A DNA stretch of 54,065 bases from Candidatus Woesearchaeota archaeon (GTDB taxonomy: Archaea > Nanobdellota > Nanobdellia > Woesearchaeales > JAIPIC01). The notes under the pieces are model-generated. The model was not told where the DNA came from. It was given only the letters and a program-made list of their open reading frames with translations, and made no database searches. Position 1 is the stretch's first letter. Each line of letters begins with the position of its first letter. Shown one piece after another: positions 29,366-37,542 of this stretch. The position numbers and the translations under genes were made by a program. Location: the NCBI GenBank assembly GCA_021734865.1, contig JAIPIC010000003.1:1-54065 (forward strand), given 5' to 3'.

Positions 29366-29863
29366 TTATTCCTTCTGTTCTGCTTTCTTTATCTCTTCAT
29401 CTGATAATCTTTTGATTAAGCTAATAACATCTTTTTTAATTGTATCCATCTTGGATAATAAATCCTTGCTCAGCACGTCACTAAAAGCTTTGATATTACT
29501 TACTTTTATCCCAATAATATTAATTGAAGCCAAATTTGGCTTAAAAGCCCTTAAAATTGAAGCAGTCTGCTCAATTCCAAAGTCATGCTGTGAAACAACT
29601 GATAGATCTTGTGATAAATCATCTTCATTTAAAAGGACAACATCTCCAGGTTTTCCAGTTCCATCTGACAAACGTACAGCATCTACAATAATCAACTTGT
29701 CGTCATCCTCAACATAAGAGAGCATGTCAAATCCAATAACTCCTAATTCCATTAGTGTCAAATCCTTAAGAGCAGGATGATCAGCGAGTTCTTTATAAAG
29801 AGTTGGACCAATGCCGTCATCTCCTCCGAAAATATTGCCCACAAAAATAACTTTTACTGCCAT
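29366..29863 (-). CDS. Hydrogenase maturation protease (HyaD/HycI family)
   Basis: GN...GDDGIG, IIVDAV, S.HD; directly downstream of the large subunit. Confidence 0.92.
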   Translation of the reverse strand: MAVKVIFVGNIFGGDDGIGPTLYKELADHPALKDLTLMELGVIGFDMLSYVEDDDKLIIVDAVRLSDGTGKPGDVVLLNEDDLSQDLSVVSQHDFGIEQTASILRAFKPNLASINIIGIKVSNIKAFSDVLSKDLLSKMDTIKKDVISLIKRLSDEEIKKAEQKE

Positions 29864-29897
29864 AATAAAAATAAAAGAAATAAGATAATAAAAAGTT

Positions 29898-31409
29898 TTA
29901 TACGCTGGGTTCGAGATTTATCCTTTTTTTGTTCTGTCCCACTGCATGGATGGAACATGAAATGCACGGATCAAATCCCCTAACAATATGACCAATCTCA
30001 ACCATACTTTCATTATTTGCCAGCTGGACACCAATTAAGGCCTGCTCTATTGCTCCCTTCTGTCCTTTGGAATCAAGGGGTGATGCATTCCATGTCGTTG
30101 GAGTTATTATCTGATAAGACGTACATTTGCTATTATCAACATTTATCCAATGTCCAAGCGCTCCTCTTGGTGCTTCAACAAGGCCATATCCACTTCCTTT
30201 TTTAATCTCAGGAAATGGATAATAAGACGGTTTATTAAGATCTATCTCAGCAACCCACTCTACAAGTTTAGGGATTATTAGGACAGTCTCATGCAACCGT
30301 GCAATAGTCCGGGTAAATGTATTGACTCCAAATGCATTCACAAGGTCAGTAATCAGCGGATCTCCATTAACAAGCTGACGAGCTAGAGGACCAAGTTCAC
30401 ACACATTGCCAAAATATCTTGGCGCTTTGATCCATGAATAAGCACCTCTCTTTTTTGGATGCGGCCTAGTTACACCATTTATTGGTTTTCTCCATTGGTG
30501 TTCTGACTCATAATATCCGTGACTTGTATCTTCAGAGATATGGTTCTGGTCAAGAGCATGATACTTACCGTTTTGCAGATATCCGCTCTTAAACAACTTT
30601 GAACCGTCTTTATTCCTTCCAAATCCGTATGCTAAGAAATTATTAGGGGATTTCTCACCATATTTTTGCAGACCAATATCCTGACCATATCTTATCAGCA
30701 AGCCAACATCGGAATTTGCAAAAGACGGATTTCCCATCATTTTGTTAACATCATCTACAGATCTGATTTCCATGTACTCTTCAATTGATATCCCATTAAG
30801 TATTTTCTTCTCCACGAAAGCTTTGACTTCCTTAAGCATAGTATCAACTTTGATAAGCTCAATATGCTTTGGAATACTGCAAACACCACCAGGTATTGCA
30901 TGCATCGGATGAGGAAATTTACCACCAAACGTTGCAACAACGCTATGTAAAGGGATTCTTGCATTCTTAAGAATTGATTTAAGATGATCACTTTTTAGCG
31001 GATCAAATCTATTCAATACCTCATTATACAGTCCATGATGCCTATATGAATCATCCACAAGATCAGGACCCCACATAAAGTAAAAATGTGTGGCATGGCT
31101 AACGATAATATTTGCACCAAGTACAATGTCCCTGATTAGTTCAGCGTTTCTGGGTATCTTGAAATCTATCATCTGTTCGATAGCTTCAGCACCTGCTGTC
31201 CCATGAGAAACAGGGCAGACACCACAGCTTCTCTGTGAAAGCCTCATAGCATCAAATGGTTTTAGACCAATAAAAATATTCTCAAATCCCCTGTACACAA
31301 AACCTAAGGACTTCGCATTCGTAACCTTATTATTGCCGTCGATATTTACTTCTATGGCCATGTCCCCTTCAATCCTGTTTAGTGGATCAATAACTAATTT
31401 ATGAGTCAT
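29898..31409 (-). CDS. [NiFe]-hydrogenase large subunit (group-2-like)
   Basis: RIEG, RGFE, L1 QRSCGVCPVSH, EAPRG.L.HW, L2 FDPCISCSIH plus a 15-aa cleavable tail. Confidence 0.96.
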   Translation of the reverse strand: MTHKLVIDPLNRIEGDMAIEVNIDGNNKVTNAKSLGFVYRGFENIFIGLKPFDAMRLSQRSCGVCPVSHGTAGAEAIEQMIDFKIPRNAELIRDIVLGANIIVSHATHFYFMWGPDLVDDSYRHHGLYNEVLNRFDPLKSDHLKSILKNARIPLHSVVATFGGKFPHPMHAIPGGVCSIPKHIELIKVDTMLKEVKAFVEKKILNGISIEEYMEIRSVDDVNKMMGNPSFANSDVGLLIRYGQDIGLQKYGEKSPNNFLAYGFGRNKDGSKLFKSGYLQNGKYHALDQNHISEDTSHGYYESEHQWRKPINGVTRPHPKKRGAYSWIKAPRYFGNVCELGPLARQLVNGDPLITDLVNAFGVNTFTRTIARLHETVLIIPKLVEWVAEIDLNKPSYYPFPEIKKGSGYGLVEAPRGALGHWINVDNSKCTSYQIITPTTWNASPLDSKGQKGAIEQALIGVQLANNESMVEIGHIVRGFDPCISCSIHAVGQNKKRINLEPSV

Positions 31410-32317
31410 TGTGATTCACCTCCATAAATAACCCTCTTACGTGCATCAATCTCTGCCTGAACATCATCAGGAAGCGCTAGGGTCTCCTCATCGAAAGGAA
31501 CCATAGATACAGGAAATCCAGGATCAGTGCACCCAATACAAGGAGCACCAGATCGAGTACATGAAGACACGCCGTTCCATAGTCTTATGTTACAATCAGA
31601 ATTTGTGGTCCGACCCTTGCAGCCAAGTTTAGCAGCAAAGCATCCTACTTCTGTATAATTCTTTGCCCATATACCTCTCTCATGGAATTCACAATGCTTA
31701 CAACCCCTGTGGACTTTTTCTTCAAAATAGTCCTTAGGTCTATTAAATTTATCAAGAAGCACAGGTCTTCCAAGCCTAAATGATTGTAAAGTATTGATGA
31801 CCCAATCAGGGTGAGTAGGGCAACCGGGAATATTTATCACGGGAAAACCAAGACCTGCAATGTATTCCTCACCAAGGAAACCTCCTTTTGTATATCCATG
31901 CCATTGCAAACCAACAGCACCTGATTCATTAGGAGGAGCAGCCGGAACTCCGCCAAATGCAGCGCATGTACCAACAGCAATAGTTAACATTGACTTAGAA
32001 GCAAAGTTTCTCACCATGCCTCCGACATCCTGCCCTTCAAAATATTCTCCATATCCTTCTTTTGTCGGTACGGAACCTTCAAAAATAAATATATCAATAC
32101 GAATTTTGCCTTCCATACAGTCATTAAATAGTCTCTGAGCATCCCGTCCAAATATTGGACTAATAGTCGGATGATAAAGGAGATTAATTTTATTTCTCTC
32201 CAGAAACGTCAGAAAGTTTGGTCTTTCTGCATCAATGACCGACATGGAATCTCCATCACACGTCTGGCCTTGCATCCAGATCAAGTTAAGTTCTTCCATA
32301 ATAACACCTCTTTTCAT
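31406..32317 (-). CDS. [NiFe]-hydrogenase small subunit, no Tat signal (HupU/HupS-like); probable start 32299
   Basis: W.QGQTCDGD, GTCAAFGG, PGCPTHP, HRGC, C..KLGCKG, DC-x10-C-x6-CIGC; RBS GAGGTG before MEELN. Confidence 0.95.
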   Translation of the reverse strand: MKRGVIMEELNLIWMQGQTCDGDSMSVIDAERPNFLTFLERNKINLLYHPTISPIFGRDAQRLFNDCMEGKIRIDIFIFEGSVPTKEGYGEYFEGQDVGGMVRNFASKSMLTIAVGTCAAFGGVPAAPPNESGAVGLQWHGYTKGGFLGEEYIAGLGFPVINIPGCPTHPDWVINTLQSFRLGRPVLLDKFNRPKDYFEEKVHRGCKHCEFHERGIWAKNYTEVGCFAAKLGCKGRTTNSDCNIRLWNGVSSCTRSGAPCIGCTDPGFPVSMVPFDEETLALPDDVQAEIDARKRVIYGGESQ

Positions 32318-32335
32318 TAATTTTGTTCAAAATAA

Positions 32336-32500
32336 TTATATCTCATCAAATTCTTTTGCTGCATCCTCTCCCAAAAAAGCAGAAACTCGCTGTTTGCATT
32401 TATCAACACAGTCTTCTTCAGTCATAGTATCTACAAGTTGTGCGGTGGCAGGTCCAAAATATTTCGCCATCAGTTCCTTGCACCTCTCTTTTCTACCCAT
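32336..32500 (-). CDS. Unannotated 54-aa protein, first gene of the hydrogenase operon
   Basis: Manual translation MGRKERCKELMAKYFGPATAQLVDTMTEEDCVDKCKQRVSAFLGEDAAKEFDEI; GAGGTGA RBS just upstream; TATA (TTTATATAAA) at ~32566. Confidence 0.8.
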   Translation of the reverse strand: MGRKERCKELMAKYFGPATAQLVDTMTEEDCVDKCKQRVSAFLGEDAAKEFDEI

Positions 32501-32795
32501 TAAATCACCTCAGGAGTATTATCACTTCATTATAATAATCATAATTGATAATATCTTGATGTTTATTTATATAAACCTTTTCATTATTCCCAACGAAGAA
32601 CAACAAAAAAATAATAGTCGATGTTTGTTATACATTCCAAAAGACATATTGAACATCTTGTATTAATTTTTTTATTCTCATAATTGTGTATAGATGACTT
32701 GAATACACCTTGGCTGTAACAATATACAAATATTTTGTAACTAAAAAGTGACAAAAAGCACAAGGTTTATATACTGCTCTTTCCTCCTCATATAT

Positions 32796-33398
32796 ATGTC
32801 ATATCAATTAAGAAATATACTTAGTAAGGATACAAATTACAGTGTCACTTTGCATAATAATCGTAGAGGCCTCCATATTCATTCTGCAACTGATTGTCAG
32901 AGGAGTGAACTCTCCAACTTAACTGACAATGAGATTGTACAATTTGGACTTGAGAGGATGACAGACACTTTAAATCAATTCTATGAAGGGTTTAGGAGAG
33001 AACAGGATCATGTACTTTACACATTCAATGAACACATCTCCAAGCCTGGTGACAGATGGAGGTTAAATAGTGAGAATACAAGGCATTTTGATATCAAGAC
33101 TCCTCGAGGTGTTGATTTTTATGCCCAGGCAAAGATTGAACATGGTGACATATCACGACTCCCTCGCAAAGGCTCATCTGCAGCCCGTAGAGCATATATT
33201 GATCCAAATGATGACTTTCCTAAAGCCGTACCAGTAATTTTAAGTGGATCAACTCTGCATCGTAATATTACAGTATACATTGATGTAAAGAAAGGAGTGT
33301 TTGACAAAGGAAAGCTTGTTGAAATGTATGATGATCCACATGCCAGCGTATATGAGGTAAGTCAGTTTATACAATTCCTTGACCGTAAGATGAGTTAG
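32796..33398 (+). CDS. Hypothetical protein
   Basis: ~200-aa ORF from ATG 32796 with TTTATATA upstream; no recognised motif. Confidence 0.6.
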   Translation: MSYQLRNILSKDTNYSVTLHNNRRGLHIHSATDCQRSELSNLTDNEIVQFGLERMTDTLNQFYEGFRREQDHVLYTFNEHISKPGDRWRLNSENTRHFDIKTPRGVDFYAQAKIEHGDISRLPRKGSSAARRAYIDPNDDFPKAVPVILSGSTLHRNITVYIDVKKGVFDKGKLVEMYDDPHASVYEVSQFIQFLDRKMS

Positions 33399-33485
33399 AA
33401 TAGTGTGTGAAGTGTGTAAAATCCAGAAGTGGAGTCTCATTGTTGTCCAAAAAATAATTAAGATCAAAACTTCATTACTCTTGAA

Positions 33486-34580
33486 TTAAGTTACTCTGAT
33501 TTCAATAATGTCCTTATCCTTAATCTTATGATTCAACTGGTATTTTTGACCATCATATTTGGCTGATGGCCCCCAAACTCGGGCATATCTGAATTTACTA
33601 ACAAAATCCTTGTGGAGCTTTTCACACATATTCCTAATAGTGGAATGTCTTCGAATAATGAGTGGAACATCCATATCGGCTTTTTGGCCGTATTCTTTGC
33701 AAAATACTCTGATGAGATTCATCTTATCAAAAATAAGGTCTTTTAACTCTTCTGTGTTCAGTCCTGTCTTAGCAGATATTAATATGTCTGGATTTATCTC
33801 TTTCTTAACCTGTTCCAAATATTCCTTATCAACCATGTCAACCTTGTTAAGAGCTACAAGACCTGGTACATATACTTTGTTATCTTCAATAACATCTATC
33901 ATCTGATCAACTGTGATATTATTTCTGATAATGATATCAGCATTATTATACCTAAACTCTTTCATGATAGACTTTATAGTCTCTTTTGTGATGTGTTGAA
34001 GCTTAACAGTTGAACCTACACTGATGCCTCCTCTTTCTTTTTTTGTAATCTTAACATCTGGACGCCTTGAGTTAAGCCTTAATCCTGAATCATATATCTC
34101 TTTCATGATAGCATCATAATGCTCAGGATAATTCACATCGATAATTACGAGAACCATGTCAGCAGATCTCATAACTGACAGAACTTCTTTACCCCTACCC
34201 CTGCCCATAGCGGCACCATTTACTATACCTGGTACATCCAGTATCTGAATCTGGGCATGATTATACTTTAGTAGACCAGGGATAACATCCAAAGTAGTAA
34301 AAGCATATTCTCCCACTTCTGAATTTGCTCCTGTGAGAGTATTGAGCAACGATGATTTTCCTACAGAAGGAAAACCTACGAGCACCACAGTACCATCCCC
34401 TGTTTTTCTAACACTGTAACCTGATGTTGAGCCCGTGCTGCTGGACCGGGATATCTCTCTTTCCTTCAGAGTTGCAATCTTGGCCTTAACAAGCCCAATA
34501 TGATGTTGTGTTCGTTTATTGTAAGGAGTCTTCTTTAATTCGTCTTCAAGCTCCTTTATCTTATCCATATAGTCAGCCAT
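33486..34580 (-). CDS. DRG/Rbg family GTPase with TGS domain
   Basis: GFPSVGKS, YAFTT, DVPG, NKVD, RYARVWG.SAKY.GQ. Confidence 0.94.
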   Translation of the reverse strand: MADYMDKIKELEDELKKTPYNKRTQHHIGLVKAKIATLKEREISRSSSTGSTSGYSVRKTGDGTVVLVGFPSVGKSSLLNTLTGANSEVGEYAFTTLDVIPGLLKYNHAQIQILDVPGIVNGAAMGRGRGKEVLSVMRSADMVLVIIDVNYPEHYDAIMKEIYDSGLRLNSRRPDVKITKKERGGISVGSTVKLQHITKETIKSIMKEFRYNNADIIIRNNITVDQMIDVIEDNKVYVPGLVALNKVDMVDKEYLEQVKKEINPDILISAKTGLNTEELKDLIFDKMNLIRVFCKEYGQKADMDVPLIIRRHSTIRNMCEKLHKDFVSKFRYARVWGPSAKYDGQKYQLNHKIKDKDIIEIRVT

Positions 34581-34878
34581 TTCACGATGTGAGGGAACAC
34601 TTAATATAAATATTTTGTATAAACGCTACATCTTGAAGATAATAACCAAAAAGTGATACATAGAAAAATATCATAGAAGAATATCCAGATCAGTTGAATA
34701 TCTACTTAAACAAAGTCCACTGAATGAAGTTTATTGATATCAATGTTAATACTTAAATGTTTGACTCTGATCTGATTTACTGAGATGGCTCATATATGAC
34801 TTACTCAGACGATCCTGTGAGAAGCAAAATTATGTTATCTATTGTTTATTATCTTTTCACATGAAAAATAAAGGCTGA

Positions 34879-34898
34879 GTGTCACTTTGAAGTGACAC
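34879..34898. promoter_or_regulatory. Palindrome GTGTCACTT-tg-AAGTGACAC, candidate operator
   Basis: Perfect 9-bp arms ~12 nt upstream of TTTATATA preceding the GDPD gene. Confidence 0.5.
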
Positions 34899-34939
34899 AC
34901 TTAGGTAGATTTATATAGTATTTATACATATATTTAGCG

Positions 34940-35698
34940 ATGAAGCTCAAATATTTGATTGTTTTGATGTTTTTACTAGCTCTAGTCAGTTTTTTCACTA
35001 GACTGCCAGTCATTACAGCAGATGATATTATATTAGGTGCTCATAGAGGAAGCAATTCTACTGAGAATACTCTTGAAGCCATTGAACAGGCAGTGCATAA
35101 CCCTAAGTATAGTTTTATGGAATTTGATGTCCAGCTTACACGTGATGGTAAGGTAGTTGTATATCATGATTACACTTTACTTCGCCTTCATGGGCAGGCG
35201 TCAATAATCTCAAATACAGATTATGATGAATTATGCAAGATGGCTGATGTAGACATTCCACTGCTTGAAGATGTCCTTGATGTGGTTGGGGACGAAAAGC
35301 TCATTGTGGATGTCAAGGGCTCATTAAATAATGAAAGAAACCAGTTACTGGTCGATGAGATCGTATCAATATTTGTTGAAAGGGGAATCTCTGACAATCT
35401 CATGTTGTCATCCATATTTCCTGAAATAGTAGAGTATTCAAAGAAAGAGCATCCTAATATCAAGACAGGTGTTTCATATATGGTGACTTCTGTCACTTAC
35501 ATACCAAGTGAGAGGCTTGTAGATGAATTCTATTCATACATTGATTATATCAATGCTGATTATATTATGCTTCATGAACAACATCTTAAAAACTATGATC
35601 TGATAAAAGACAGGCTTCCAAAGGGAAAGAAACTAATATTCTGGTCCATGTCTGAAGAGATGTACCTTATAGACTTAGATAAAAGTAAATTATGGTAG
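34940..35698 (+). CDS. Secreted or anchored glycerophosphodiester phosphodiesterase
   Basis: AHRG, ENTLEA, EFDVQLTRDG.VVV.HD; N-terminal hydrophobic segment. Confidence 0.9.
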   Translation: MKLKYLIVLMFLLALVSFFTRLPVITADDIILGAHRGSNSTENTLEAIEQAVHNPKYSFMEFDVQLTRDGKVVVYHDYTLLRLHGQASIISNTDYDELCKMADVDIPLLEDVLDVVGDEKLIVDVKGSLNNERNQLLVDEIVSIFVERGISDNLMLSSIFPEIVEYSKKEHPNIKTGVSYMVTSVTYIPSERLVDEFYSYIDYINADYIMLHEQHLKNYDLIKDRLPKGKKLIFWSMSEEMYLIDLDKSKLW

Positions 35699-35712
35699 TG
35701 TTGAATTTTCTT

Positions 35713-37440
35713 CTATTGATGATTTCCGTAATATTTTTTCTTAAGCTTATCAATTTCCCTTTTTCGGAAAATCTTCTGCAGGGCTGGATATAACACAAAA
35801 CCAAGAACAAGACCAAAAAGATATATCATGATAGACCTATTATCAAGGTAAATGAAAAATTTATCTTTAGGGAAGTAAATATCAAGATTTCCCAATTCAA
35901 GAGCATACTCAGCATATATCAAAGCAGATTGAGGATCCGTATTGAGTAGTGATTTTGAATATTCATAATAACTGTAACCTATTACTGGGAATATTCCCTT
36001 TTCGATCTGTTTAGATATAAATTTGCCTGCTATATCGATCTTCCTCTCAACAAGATCAGAGACATTGCTTGAATTGACACCTATAACACTTATTATAGCA
36101 TTTGCAGATGCTTTTGCAATTGAGGCCTTATAAAGGCAACTTTCGTATTCTGTTGATTTAAGATGTCCATAGGCTTCCCTGATATCATCTCTGGCTCCAA
36201 ATCGTAACGGGAAATATAAGTTGATGTATTCTATCCTTTCTTCAGCCTCGCTGATCTTCCTAATACATGATTCTCTGAGGATTTCACTATTAAACTTAAT
36301 CTGATTATTGAGCGAACCATGGAATAAACTCCAACAAGAAGCACTATAAAGACGTTCCCTTGCATAAATCAGATAATAGATATTTTCAGGTTTTTGTGGG
36401 TCACTGAAATTAACCAACTCAAGGTAGCTCCTTGCTTCATCCAGCCTGTTTGTAGTGATCATCCTTGTCTCTAAATCTGTGATTGTTTTATATTCTAAAG
36501 CAAAGAATTCAGCGCTGAATCTGCTGATATTATATTCAATATCCCTATAAAGGTATCTTAACTCCGTAGCAGACAGATTATTTTTCAATTCTTGAACATA
36601 GCTGTATTTGATATTTGCCCCAAAACAATATGATGCAGCAGCATAATGCTGAGACTTATTATATGCAAGAGCTGCATTTCTTGTCAGATTATTGGCTTGA
36701 TCCCTGATAAGAGTCAAATTTTCATCCAGTTCAAGCGTGTTGATTATCTTTGATAGCATTATAGTTCTATTACATAATTTTGTTGCAATTTTTTCCATTA
36801 CATCAGTATATCCAATGTCTTTGACTATGGGAGCTTCCTTTTGAGGCACTTCACCTGTAAAATAGAATAAGGCTTCCTCGATATCTGCTATCTCGATAAC
36901 TTCTATATTTGATTCCGAAATATTTAGATTTGAACCTATCGGCACCAGCACTTTTTTGATGCCATTTCTGGATGCCGCATCGACCTTTTCAGGAATGCCC
37001 CTTACCATACCAATATAACCGCCTGAATTGACAGTGCCAGTAAGAGCTATCTCATTATTGATCTCATGTCCGCTAAGAAGAGCAGCAGTCAGCACAGTAA
37101 TGGCAGCACCAGCGCTTGGACCACCAACAATCGGTGCTTCAGCACTGATTGTGTAATGGAAATCATACCTTCGACAGTCCTCATCAAGGATATTACATGC
37201 TATCTGCTTAGCAAATCTTGTTGAAATCTGAGTATCCATCTTTGTCATTGGAAATGTATCGATATAAACTCGCCCTGTTCCCTGCGTAATCTTGAGATGG
37301 AGAGTAGCTGTACCTCCTGTTGAATTCATACCATCATTCATTACTGTCAGAAGGATAATCTCGCCAGATTGAGCAAATACAGGCAGAACCATTACACACA
37401 GAATCAATAATGATAAAAAAACGGATTTATAGTATTTCAT
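35713..37440 (-). CDS. Archaeal Lon-like (S16) membrane-anchored serine protease
   Basis: Signal peptide, GGPSAG catalytic Ser, TGTV...G.IG.V.G..EK, C-terminal TM. Confidence 0.88.
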   Translation of the reverse strand: MKYYKSVFLSLLILCVMVLPVFAQSGEIILLTVMNDGMNSTGGTATLHLKITQGTGRVYIDTFPMTKMDTQISTRFAKQIACNILDEDCRRYDFHYTISAEAPIVGGPSAGAAITVLTAALLSGHEINNEIALTGTVNSGGYIGMVRGIPEKVDAASRNGIKKVLVPIGSNLNISESNIEVIEIADIEEALFYFTGEVPQKEAPIVKDIGYTDVMEKIATKLCNRTIMLSKIINTLELDENLTLIRDQANNLTRNAALAYNKSQHYAAASYCFGANIKYSYVQELKNNLSATELRYLYRDIEYNISRFSAEFFALEYKTITDLETRMITTNRLDEARSYLELVNFSDPQKPENIYYLIYARERLYSASCWSLFHGSLNNQIKFNSEILRESCIRKISEAEERIEYINLYFPLRFGARDDIREAYGHLKSTEYESCLYKASIAKASANAIISVIGVNSSNVSDLVERKIDIAGKFISKQIEKGIFPVIGYSYYEYSKSLLNTDPQSALIYAEYALELGNLDIYFPKDKFFIYLDNRSIMIYLFGLVLGFVLYPALQKIFRKREIDKLKKKYYGNHQ

Positions 37441-37542
37441 TAATCTGGTGAATCAGGTCTGTTTTAAAAAATTATTCCCAACACTCCGGGATATCCATAA
37501 ATCGCTGAGGAATTATGTCTTTATGAGATAAATTATTTAATC

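Noticed and set aside
32716-32752. Second NikR site near the hydrogenase promoter (GTAACAAT ... GTAAC)
   Set aside because: Half-sites are not in the inverted orientation and spacing seen at 22713-22741.
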